From Chiloscyllium plagiosum (Eukaryota): a stretch of DNA of 64,000 nt. The notes under the pieces were generated by a model. That model had not been told where the DNA came from. It ran no database searches and worked only from the letters and a program-made list of their open reading frames with translations. A program made the position numbers and the translations under genes. The DNA is taken from contig NC_057711.1 in NCBI RefSeq assembly GCF_004010195.1, forward strand, positions 78,103,371-78,167,370. The letters are read 5' to 3'. Position 1 is the stretch's first letter; every line of letters begins with the position of its first letter. Positions 12,460 through 23,990 of this stretch are shown here, in pieces.

Positions 12460-13200
12460 ACTATTCTGCCATTCAATTAGACCATAGATACTTAATGACC
12501 AACTCTCAACAACCCTGTGTGATAAGTAATCCCACAGCTTCACAACCCTCAAAAACCCTCTGAAAGGTGCAACCCATTGTGCTCAAATTATGCCCTTTGG
12601 TCGCACACTCCCCCACAAGAGGAAACTAGTTTTTTGCATCTACCCTACCAAGTCCTCTATGAATCTTGTACGTTTGTAGAATGTCACCTTTCATTCTTCT
12701 ATATCCCATTAACTATTGGCCTGACCTATTCAACCTCTCCTCTTAAAACAGACAGCCCCATCATTGCTAGTATCAGGCTAGAACCTTCTCTGGACTGCCT
12801 CCAATGCCAGTAAGGAGCCCAAAATTGTTCACAGTATTCCAGATGTGGTCTTGTACAGTTTCAGCAAAATCACCCTTTGGGTGAGATTAGGGGTGATCTA
12901 ATTGAGGTCTTCAGGATAACAACAAATAAAGTCAGAGTACATAAACTTTCCACTGGTTAGAGATTCTACAGCCAGGGGCATAGCCTAAGAATTAGGGCCA
13001 GACCGTTCAGGAGAGATGTTAGAAAGCATTTCGACATGCAAAGAATTGTAAAAGTTTGGAACTCTCTTTTTCAATGACGATTGATGGTAATTCAATTGTT
13101 AAATTTAAATCTGGCAAACATTTTTTTATTAAATAAGGGTACCAAGAATTACAGGCCCAAGGCAGAAATATGGAGTTAGGTTTCAAATCAGCCACAATCT
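12460..13200. mobile_element. CR1-type LINE fragments in both orientations
   Basis: 12460-12870 reads as a CR1 3' region on the minus strand; 12875-13200 reads as a CR1 3' end on the plus strand (RGDLIEVFR). Confidence 0.55.
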
Positions 13201-13202
13201 TA

Positions 13203-16200
13203 CTTTTTTTAATACATTTGTGAGATGTGGCTGTTGCTGGATGGCCAGCATTCATTATTGTTCCTAATTTTCCCTGAGGTGGTGGTGAGCTGCCTTCTTG
13301 AACTGCTGCAGCCCACCTGTTGTGGGTTGACCCACAATGCTCATGGGGAAGGAATTTCACAGTTTAGACCCAGTGACCGTGAAGGAACAGCGATATATTT
13401 CCAAGTCAGGATGGTAAGTGGCTTAGAGAACTTGCAGGTGGTGGCATTCCCACGTATCTGTTGCCCTTGTCCTCCTAGCAAGCTGTGGTTGTGGGTTTGG
13501 AAGGTGCTGAATGAGTATCTTGAGTGAATTTCTGCAGTATATCCTGGAGACGGTACACACTGCTACTACGGAGCATCAGTGGTGTAGTGGGTCCATGCTT
13601 GTGGATGTAGTGCCAATCAAACGGGCTGCCTTGTCTTGGATGCTGTCAAGCTTGAGTGTTTTTGGAGCTGTATTCATCCAGGCAAGTGAGGACTATTCAA
13701 TACACTTCTGACTGGTGCCATGTAGATGGTGGACAGGCTTTGGGGAGTCAGGTTACTCGCCACAGTATTTCTAGCCTCTGATCTGCTCATGTAGCCACTG
13801 TGTTTACGTGGCGAGTCCAGTTAAGTTTCTGGTCAATGATGACACCCGGATGTTGATACTGGGGGATTCAGTGGTGGTAACACCATTGAATGTCAAGAGA
13901 TGGTGATTAAATAGTCTCTTATTAGTGATGGTCACAGCTGGCATTGTGTGGTATCAATGTTACTTGCTACTGGTCCATCCAAGCCTAGATATTGTCCAGA
14001 TCATGTTGCATTTGAACACAGACAGCTGCAGTATATGAGGGATGGCAAATGGTACTGATCATTGTGCAATCATCGACAAACATCCCTACTTCCTACCTTA
14101 CAATCCAAGGAAGTTCATTAATGAAGCAGCTAAAGATGGCTGGGCTACAACACTACCAGGAGGAACTCCTGCAGAGATGTCCTGGAGCCGAGATGACTAA
14201 CAACTACAACCACCTTGTGTGTCAGGTATGACTCGAACCAGCAGAGAGTTTTCCCCCGATACCCATTGATTCCAGTTTTGCTCGGACTCCTTGATGTCAC
14301 ACTCCTTGATGTCAAAGGCTGTCACTCTCATCTCATCCCATACATTCAGCTCTTTTGACCATGTTTGAACAAGACTGTAATGAGTCTGGAACTGAGTGGA
14401 CCATCGTGGAACTCAAACCAGGCGTCACTGAGCAGGTTCTGGATTAGAGTGGTGCTGGAAAAGCACAGCAGTTCAGGTAGCATCCGAGGAGCAGGAAAAT
14501 CGACGTTTCAGGCAAAAGTCCTTCATCAGGAATGAAGGGTTTTTGCCTGAAACAATGATTTTCCTGCTCCTCGGATGCTGCCTGAACTGCTGTGCTTTTC
14601 CAGCACCACTCTAATCCAGAATCTGGTTTCCAGCATCTGCAGTCATTGTTTTTACCCCGTCACTGAGCAGGTTATTGATAAACAAGAACTGCTTAATGGA
14701 AACTTTGATGACATCTTCGATCACTTTACTGATGTGATCGAATATAGATGGGCGGTATTTGGCTGGGTTGGATTTATCCTACTTTTGTACTGGAAAAGCT
14801 TCACTAGGGGAGCGGCAAATTCTGGAGCACAAGTCTTGAGTACTATTGCCGGAATGTTGGCAGGGCCAATAGCCTTTAAAATATCCAGCGTATTCAAATC
14901 ACATGGAGTGAATTAACTGGTATCTGGGAATATATTGGGGACGACTGGAGGAGGCCAAGATGGATTATCCACTCAGCATTTCTGGCTTACGACTGCTGAG
15001 AAAGCTTCAGCCTTATATTTTCCACTAATGTGATGGGCTTTTCCATCATTTTGGGGGGGGGGGGGGGTGGTATTTGTGGAGCCTCCTCCTCCAGTGGTAT
15101 TATTCAATTGTCCAGCACCATGTATGTCTCGATGTGGCAGGATTGCAGAGCTTAAATCTGATCCACTGATTGTGGGATCGCTTAGCTCTATCATTTGCTG
15201 CTTATGCTGTATGGCATGCGAGTAGTCCTGCTTGGTAGCTTCACCAGGTTATTTTCAGGTATGCCTGGTGCTGCTCTTGCGCACTCTCCGTTGATCCTCT
15301 GGCTTGATGGGGGATATACTAGGCTATTGTGGAATACAATTTTACTGCTGATGGCCCACATCACTTCATGGATGCTCAGTCTTTAGATGCTAGATCTGTT
15401 CATATCTGAGCCACTTATCAAGATGATAGTGCCACACAACACATGGAGGGTCTTCTCAGTGTGAAGGTGGGATTTCATCTCTACGAGAACTCTGTGGTGG
15501 TTACTCTTACTAATACTGCCATGGACAGATGGATCTGCAAACGGCAGATTGGTAAGGATGAATTCAAGTATGCTTTTTCCCTCTTGCTGGTTCCCTCATC
15601 ACCTGCCACAGACCCAGTGTAGCAGCTATGTCTTTTAGGGCCCGACCAGCTCAAACAGTAGTGTTGCTGCCAAACCATTCTTGGTGGAGCACATTGAAAT
15701 CCCCCAGCCAGAGTACATTTTGCCACCTTCAGCGCTTTCTCAGTGTATTGTCAACATGGAGGAGTACTGAGCCGAGGGAGGGCAGTACTTGGTAATTAGT
15801 AGGATGTTTCCTCACCCATGTTTAATCTGAAGTCATGAAACTTCATGGAGTCCTGCACCAATGTTGAGGACTCCCAGGACAATTCCCTCCTCACTGTATA
15901 CCACCATGCTGCCACCTCTGCTGGGGCGGTCCCACTGGTGGGACAGGACATATCCAGACATGGTGATAGTCATATCTGGGACGTCATATTCACGGAATCA
16001 TATTTTACAATGTCGGGCTGTTGCTTGATTAGTCTGTTGAGATAGCTCTCCCGATTTTGTCACTAGCCCCCAATTGTTAGTAAGGAGGATGTTGGAGGGT
16101 TGACAGGACTGGCGATTGTCTTTTTCAGCACAAGGTCATCTGTCCGGTTTCATTTCTTTGAGACTTTGCAGCAACTGGTACACTTGAATGGCTTGCTCCG

Positions 16201-16345
16201 CCATCCAGACCCACATATATAGATTAATTCCAAATTTGTGTTTTCTTTTCAATTGAATTCAAATTCCACCACCTACCACGGTGAGATACGAAACCTCGTC
16301 CCCAGAAAATTAGCTAAGTTTGAGGATTAATAGTCTAGCAATAAT
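13203..16345 (-). mobile_element. Decayed near-full-length LINE with APE endonuclease/RT remnants and a tRNA-like 5' head
   Basis: Minus-strand LWLGDFNVLHQEW (APE motif) near 15680-15720, RT-region remnants, 3' tail ending in an A-run at about 13203. 16240-16345 matches the SINE head at 23852-23970. Confidence 0.7.
14439..14657. mobile_element. Fold-back PLE-type mini-element, family A
   Basis: 90-bp arms 14437-14526 / 14532-14621 with a few mismatches, loop CAGGA, 36-nt tail. Exact 16-bp TSD CGTCACTGAGCAGGTT at 14423-14438 and 14658-14673. Hammerhead motif on the minus strand at 14498-14533. Confidence 0.9.
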
Positions 16346-16379
16346 GGAGGCTCAATGACCTACTCCTATTCCTATCTTC

Positions 16380-17695
16380 TATTCTCTAATCCCTTTGAAG
16401 TGAAGGCCAACATTTCATTTGCGTTTGCTATTATCTGTTGAACTTCGATGTTGTTTTTTCATGATTTGTGGACAAGGGCTCCCAAATCCCAGTGTTGCAT
16501 CTCTCTGCAGTCTTTCTCCATTTAAATAATATTTAGCTCATCTAATCTTCCTGCCAAAATCCATAATCTCACATAATATTCCCACTGCCATGTCTTTGGC
16601 CACTTACCTAACCTGTCTATATCCCACTACAGACTGCGTCATCTTCACCTATTTTTGAGTCACTCACAAGCTTGGTTATAATAGATTCATTTTTGTCATC
16701 CAAGTTGTTCATGTATATTGTAAACAGTTACGGCCCCAGCAACAATCACTGTGGTGCTCCAGTTACCATCGTGAAAATGCCCCTCCTTACCCCAACTCTT
16801 GGTCTTCTACAAGTCAATCTCTATCCACGTTAACTTACTACCTTCATCACCATGGTCACATATCTTATCAAGCACCTGATAAAAATCTAAATATATTAGA
16901 TCCACTGCTTCCCCTTTACCTGTTCTGCTTACTGCCTCCTCAAAAGACTTCCAGTAAATGTTATCATCAGGTATGATTCCCCCCTTATGAGCCATACTGA
17001 CTCAGCTTGATCATATTGCACACTTCTAAATGCTCGGCTATTACATCCTTTATCATTGACTCCAACAATGATAAGACATTAAGCTAACTGGCCTATAGTA
17101 ACCTATTCTTTGTCCCCTCCCCTTTTTAAAGAAAGATGTTATATTTGCATTTTTCTAATCTTCCTGGACTTGTCCAGAATCTAGGAATTCCTGGAAGATT
17201 ATGACCAGTGCATCCACTATTCTATGGCTGCTGCTTTTAATTTTCTGGGATGCATTCCATCAGGACCAGAGGACTTATTGGTCTTTAACTCACTTGTCTG
17301 TAGTGCTAGTTATGGTTTTTATTTCTCTCCTCCTTTTGACCCATGAAAATTTAGCAATTTTGGAATGCTATTTTTGTGTCTTCCACATGAAATTTTTTGC
17401 AAAATACTTATTCAACTCCTCATGAACTTCCTGGTTTCCCATTAGAATTTATCCAGCCTTATTAACCAAGGAGCTTTGGTTTCTCTCTTCCTTTTTATAT
17501 ATTTAAAGAAGCTTTTGTTGTCCATTTTGATATTACTTTCAAATATATCCTTAAAGTTTATTTTCTACTTTTTTTGAATGTCTTTTGTTGGCTTCTAAAA
17601 CTTTCCGAATCCTCTGGCTTACCACTAATCTTTGCCACATGTATACTTTTTTTTTCTTTCATTCTTTCATGAAGCTATTCTTAACTTCTCTGAAT
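16380..17695 (-). mobile_element. Decayed CR1-type LINE ORF2
   Basis: ORF remnant KGEAVDLIYLDFYQVLDK; reverse similarity to 23990-26632. Confidence 0.7.
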
Positions 17696-17839
17696 AAGCA
17701 AGAGGCCAGAATTGGAGAAGTGCAGATACTTGAGAAATATAGGCCCCAGAAGGGCAACAGAGATAGGGGGTGAACACACTGATGTTCAGAGACTTGAAAA
17801 CAAAAAAAATGAGATCGGGACGCAACACAAATCACTGGA

Positions 17840-18195
17840 GACCATAAGATATAGGAGCAGAAATTAGGCCATTCAGCCTATCGAGTCTGCTCTGCCATTC
17901 AATCATGGCTGATACATTTCTCAATCCCATTCTCCCGCTTTATCCCCGTAACTGTTGATCCCCTTGATACTCAAGAACCTATCTGGCTCAGTCTTTTCAA
18001 TGATCTGGCCTCCACAGCCTTCCGTGGCAGTGAATTCCTCAGATTCCCAACTCTCTGGCTGAAGTAGTTTCTCCTTATTTCCATTCTAAAGGGTCCTCCC
18101 TTTACTCTAAGGCTGTGCCCTCAGGTCCTAGTCTCTCCTACCAATGGAAACATCGTCCCAACATCTATTCTGTCCAGGCCATTCAGTATTCTAAA
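17840..18195 (-). mobile_element. CR1-type LINE 3' end
   Basis: Reverse complement of the 26290-26632 tail region. Confidence 0.75.
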
Positions 18196-19106
18196 TCAAC
18201 AAGTTAAGGGGAAAATGGGTGAACTACAATCATGTGAATTGAGGTACAGAGTTTTGTCTGAATTCAATTTTATAGAACATAAGAAATAGGAGGCAAGGCA
18301 GGGCAGCATTGGAATAATCAAATCTAAACATGGCAAAGCATGGATGAATGCTTCAGCAGATATAGAGTTGGGCAGTGTTATAAAATTGGAAATGATGGAT
18401 TTATTGATTACAGAAGCTCTTCTTTAGGTCAAAAACAAACAAAGTTATATTCCTTATCACATGATCCTTAAAATTAGATATTGCAAGTCTAGGAAGGATT
18501 GTTTGATGAGAGGCAATTTCTCCCAGATTATTACACATTTTGTTTATACAAGAGTGTTCCACATTTTGGACAGGAGATTCTGATCAAGGCTTCCTCAGAA
18601 ATGCTGAGCCATACTTTCATTTTGGCAGGATCTTTATAATGTAGACATTAAAAACACAGCCCAAAATAATACGTTAATAAGTTGTGTATAGAGATTTATT
18701 GAAGGAGAATAGCAGAGCACTTCATGTAGATAATGCTAATCATCCAAAAAAGGAAGCCAAAACCAATCTTCTGATTTTCATACAATTAGTTCGATAGCCC
18801 ATCTAATTAATTTTGTCCTGACATTTGCAGCAAAGAATGAATGAGAGGAACAACTGAAACAAGCGGCATTGTAAGATTAACTAAACGCAGTTTAAAGCTT
18901 GATCAAGTATGTTTGTTTTGTAGATTTTGATTGCGTTCTCTGGATTGAATTTGGGCTTTGTTTATTGACAATAGAAGAGACTGCAGAGACAGATCATTTA
19001 GAAAATCTATAAAAGGGGACAGACCGCAACAAAAGAGTAGCCAAGAGTTGCAGCTATGCCCAAACGGAAGAGGAGCTTAACAAGGATAAGTTTATCACCC
19101 TAATTA

Positions 19107-19203
19107 AAAACCACACAATACCAGGTTATAGTCCAATAGGTTTATTTGGAAGCACTAGCTTTTGGAACACTGTTGCTTCATCAGATGGTTGTGGAGTATA
19201 AGC
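19107..19203 (-). mobile_element. Degenerate family B PLE-type terminal fragment
   Basis: Matches 4880-4970 with a decayed hammerhead stem II. Confidence 0.65.
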
Positions 19204-19409
19204 TTATACAAGGCAAAACATTACCTTGTCACATTGAGCGTATGGCATTGAATAGCATGAAAAATGTTATGGACATTCTCTAGTGGAGAACACTGGAAGA
19301 CATTTACGAAGATGAGTAGGCCAAAAACTTAATTTAATGGGATATAAGCATGAGGCCTAGGAAGAGAATCAAAGTGATGAAATAAAGTGAAGATTTGGAA
19401 AAAATGAAT

Positions 19410-20132
19410 ACATTGGTATCACATCATTGACTTCCCTTAACATGACTGGACTATTAATGCATAGGCCGAGGTTATGGTTATGAGGTAAAAACAATGACTA
19501 GGTTATGGTTATGCTAGGGTTATGATTTCAAGTCCCACCATGGCAGATTGTGAAATTTGAATTCAGTTTAAAGGAAATCTGGATAAAAAGTTGGTTCTAA
19601 TGACAACCATGAAACCACTATTAATTATCATAAAAATCCATCTAGCTCACAAGTATCCTTTAGGGATGGAAATTTGTCATCAATACCCAGTCTGGCCAAC
19701 ATCCAACTCTAGAGCCACAGCAATGTGGATTAGATTCCCTACAATACGGAAACAGGCCCTTCGCTCCAAAAAGTCCACACCAATCCTCTGAAGAGTAACC
19801 CACCCAGACCCTACATTTACCCCTGACTAATACATCTAACACAATGAGCAATTTCGCATGCCCAATTCACCTGACCTGCACATATTTGAATTGTGGGAGG
19901 AAACCAGAGCCAGAGGAAACCCACACAGACACAGGGAGAAAGTACAAACTTCACATAGACAGTCATCCAAGGCAGAAAGTGAACCCAGGTCCCTGGCACT
20001 GTGAGGCAGCAGTGCTAACCACTGAGCCATCGTGCTGCCCCGAGTTGAGTCTCAAACACAACTTTGGGCAATTAGGGAAGTGCAATAAATGCTGATCTAT
20101 CTATAAACACCACATGCCATGAATGAATAAAA
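19410..20132 (+). mobile_element. tRNA-derived SINE (second family), interrupted by an HE1 SINE and a 17-nt insertion
   Basis: Head tcaagtcccaccatggcagat..gaaatttgaattca as at 23927-23960, and tail gggcaattaggga..gcaataaatgctg..aatgaataaaaa. Confidence 0.65.
19728..20041 (-). mobile_element. HE1-type SINE
   Basis: Full-length reverse-complement match to 4449-4775. Confidence 0.82.
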
Positions 20133-20709
20133 AGTGGTACCTACAAATCAGTCCTTGCAAAAGATGAAGTGTGGAGATGGAAATTGAGCAATAGATCAGC
20201 TGTGGTTGGAGGATCTGCAAGATACACAGTGAAGAATGGCGTGTGATAGAAAAGTTTTGAAACTGAAATCAATATGTATAAGGCCACTGTGTGATCAACC
20301 TTGTGATATCGTACAGGTATTTGAGCAACCTCAGGAGGAGTGAAAGACCAACTGGACATTAATGTAATGCACATGTAGAGATGGGTATGTGGAATGATAG
20401 GAAAGGATAAAGGACAAGTCGAGAACAAGAACATCACAAGACTGTGGAAGCAATGGAGTAAGTAGCCAAGAGGAGACTGAAATGGTACCATCTGCAATGG
20501 ACAGTGTGGAAAGGTGTCAAGGTGAGTGATAGAGATGGCAACTACTGCAAGAAAAAGATAAAGTTCCAGAACTAGATAAAGTGATGCAATTTTTAGAGAC
20601 TTAAACACAGTGGAACTGGAAGAGGAATGGATAAAACACAGCGAAAAATAGTGAAGGGTAATCAAACAAATATTGTGGTAACGCCAAGTAAAACTGGAGA
20701 CATCAGAAC

Positions 20710-21012
20710 AGCAGCACAGTGGTTCAGTGGTTAGCCCTGCTGCCTCACAGCACCAGGGACTGTTTCGATTCCATTCTTGGGTGACTGTCTGTGTGGAGTC
20801 TGCATATTCTCCATGTGTCTATGTGGGTTTTCCTCCGGGTTCTCCTGTTTCCTCCCACAGTCCAAAGATGTGCATGTTAGATGGATTAGCCATGCTAAAG
20901 TGCCCATAATCTCCAGGCATGTGCAAGCTAGGAGGATTAGCTATGGAAACTCTTTGAAGGGTTGGTATAGACTTGTTGGACCAAATGGCCTGTATCCACA
21001 TTGTTGAGATTC
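20710..21012 (+). mobile_element. HE1-type SINE
   Basis: A/B-box head and core match 4449-4775. Confidence 0.8.
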
Positions 21013-21516
21013 TAATCAAGGTGCCAATGACAAACAAGATGACAATAAAACATTATGGAAGATGAAAGACGACAAAGAAAAGACAGACAAATGTCAGAAA
21101 TTGAAATCGGAGACATGGATCTGACCAACTACAGGACTTGAGGAAGGTACTTCTTTCGATTTTATTTTGCCATGCCCCGTTTTAAACTTGTAGTGCAGGG
21201 CATATTACAGAGAAGAATTTAAATGAAGAGCTGTATTAGAATAAAACCACACGGTCTCTTACACAAGACATATCCTGGGCAATGTGCAAAATTTGTGTTA
21301 TCTTTCAGCTTCCTTGATTACTCTATTCAAGCAGCTAAACTTGACATTCTGCAACAGTCACTCAAGATGGAGTTCTGAAAGGCAGGAAAACGAATAATAA
21401 ACATTTGTGATGTCACACAGGAAGACCAATTCCCAAAGATCCAAATAAGAAAACAATTTTTGGTACTGTCTCTGCTAAATGCTGATGGATGAAAGATGGG
21501 AGAGTATAGAAAACTT

Positions 21517-21537
21517 GATGATGATGATGATGATGAT
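21517..21537. repeat. (GAT)7 microsatellite
   Basis: gatgatgatgatgatgatgat, about 25 nt into the intron from the exon 3 donor. Confidence 0.9.
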
Positions 21538-21562
21538 AGCTTAGAACAAATTTCATACTTAC

Positions 21563-21717
21563 TATTTGGCAGAATCAGACAACTGATACTCTCGACGTCT
21601 GTCGTAACACTCCTGGATGCCAGGATCACTCCATAATTTCTTTATTGCTTCAACATATTTTTGCTCAAACGTGACTACTTTATCTACCTCCACTTCTCGG
21701 ACCATATTTGCATTGTC
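21563..21717 (-). CDS. GNA14: G-protein alpha subunit, Gq class, internal exon (exon 3 equivalent, 155 bp)
   Basis: Translates [51 protein letters not shown](Y), part of the helical domain. Acceptor ttttttcaatAG, donor GTAAGT. Not in the ORF track. Confidence 0.93.
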
Positions 21718-22299
21718 CTATTGAAAAAAATTAAGATATTTAAAAGTCTTGTCATATTTGTGTTCATCAAAATCATATATTGCAAAGAAGAAAACTTTTA
21801 ACGGAAGCATCTTCATGGAAATTTACAAGTTCTATTTGTCTGCTCATTGCTTTTAATGGAACACATCAGCAAGTTCAGGAAATGTCAAGCATTGAGGTGC
21901 TTCCTTTAAATAATTATTCCTTCAAATGGATTAGCTTGTCAATACACATTTATTATGGCAATGTTTTAATTCTGGTTGCATGAAGGTTTGGCCAAGAGAC
22001 CTTATTTTTCATCCATTTTATATGAAGGAATCCAGTCATTTTAAATATAAAACACAACAAAAAAGACAGAAGACGACAAAAAATGGAAATAAAAATTGGT
22101 CACATGGATCTGACTAATTTTGAATATTTCCTATAACAATGGTTAAAATAGGCACCTAAGCTCTGATAACAGGCTTCACTTTTCAACTATATTGATTTTC
22201 TATAACTTCACTTCGTAATTGAATATATTTCACTGAAGTATGAGACATTTTGTATGAAGGTCATAGCAAAACTATTAAGACTTTTTTGAATCATAACAG

Positions 22300-22720
22300 A
22301 GAGACGAGGTTCAAGGGTGGAGGTTTGAAGGGAGGATTGAAAGTAGAAATTGTTTAGGGTGAGGACCAGTTCCACCAAATGAGTGTGTTGTTGGAGAGAG
22401 GTTAGTTGGGTCGGTGGGAAAAGAAACAATGAGGGCTTTGAGGCCTTCCTCATGGGGGATATGGGTGTACTGCGATTGGATGTCCATGGTAAAGATGGTG
22501 TTGGGAGCTGGGGAATTGGAATTCATAGAGGTGGTGGCGAGTGTGGGTGGTGTCCCGAACATATGTGGGAAGCTCTTGGACCAAGGGGAAAGGGCTGAGT
22601 CGAGATAAGTGGAGACGAGTACGGTGGGGCACGAACAGGCGGAATTAATTGGTCGACCGTGGCAGTCAGATTTGCAGAATTTGGGTAAGAGATAGAACCA
22701 GGCAGTGCAGGATTGGGGAA
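22300..22720 (-). mobile_element. Penelope-like reverse transcriptase fragment (Neptune-like)
   Basis: Frameshifted YVRDTTH, IFTMDIQSQYTHIPHEEGLKAL and LVELVLTLNNF, PLE RT motifs of the DxxSLYTxIP type. Confidence 0.75.
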
Positions 22721-23851
22721 CAGTTAAAACACTCAGTAAAAGTTGATTGATAATGTTTGCCAGTGCAATAATAACTCTGCAATTATTATGATTCTGTTAC
22801 AAACTGTTAATGTTTGAAGACAGCTCAGAACACCCAGTGACTAACTGAAAAAGAATTATGTTCAGGGATTTCATGTTTTTAAACAAAAACATTTACTTTG
22901 CGTGGAGAAAAATTCAACGAACCAAACAGCACTACCTTAAGCAATACCCTATAAAGACAAAGGCTATAGACTCAACTCTACTTTTCCCTGCATCTTTCCC
23001 TCACACAAAAAGTTTAAAGATTCATTCAAATTTCCGAGGATCAAGCAAAAAGGTATGTCACTACTCCAGTTTTCCAACTATTCTCCAAGGTATGAAATGT
23101 AATGGACATCCTTCCATTAGGTATTAGCTGAACAATCCTGTGAATTCCCTTCAAAAACTAGGAACTTCTCAGCATAAACTTGCACTTCCATGAATTCTCC
23201 AAGCTGCCTGTTGATATTCACCGTGAGGTTTACTGTAGATTTCTCTGGTTCCAAGCTAGACAAATCTTCCAGCTGCTTTATCCCTCTTGGAATGAAAACT
23301 GAACTCAAGCTCACATGGACATTGATATAGTTAGTAGTTTCATCACTTAAAGTGCAAGCCTACTAACAATTATAATTAGGCTTTCTCAACCAGCTCAGAT
23401 TCAGTGAAGCAAATAAATAAACAAAAAGAACCTTCTATCCCCACAGCCCATCTACAGAAATGTAGCATTTTTTGGAATATCTTCAAACAGGAAATGTAAA
23501 TTACATTAACTTGACATAACTGATTCTGTAACATATAAAAAAATTGGCGTTAGCCATTTTTCTTGTTCAAACAACCCCTCTCCTAGAATTACTGGCCTTG
23601 TCAAGGAACTCTCTTGATTCCAAGGGGTTTTCAATCTCCTTTCATTTGGAGACTGCATAAACAATGCAAACCTTATATTAAATAAAGTAGATCTGCTAGC
23701 TTCATTACAAAGCCAACGAATGCTTCACAATTCTACCTCTGACCTTGAATGCAAATCTTACAGTTGGAATTAACTTTTAAAACTAGCTTGTTTAATTTTC
23801 ATTTATTCCAGGGCCTTGCTTGTCATTTTGCAACCAGATGTCCCCATTAGT

Positions 23852-23990
23852 AGAGATGGTGGCATAGTGGTAATGTCACTGGACTCACAATCCAGAGCAT
23901 AGCCGAATGTTCAGGGAACGTGGGTTTGAATCCCACCATGGCAGATGAAGAAACTTCAAATTAAGTTTTAAAAATAACTAGCTTAATAGC
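23852..23990 (+). mobile_element. tRNA-derived SINE/LINE head fragment
   Basis: A box TGGCATAGTGG and B box GGTTTGAATCC with an overlong spacer; same head as 16240-16345 (-) and 19410-19570. Confidence 0.65.

Noticed and set aside
20141..20665. 174-aa minus-strand ORF
   Set aside because: Low-complexity translation of a purine-rich, probably ancient LINE-derived region; no recognisable domain or splice structure.
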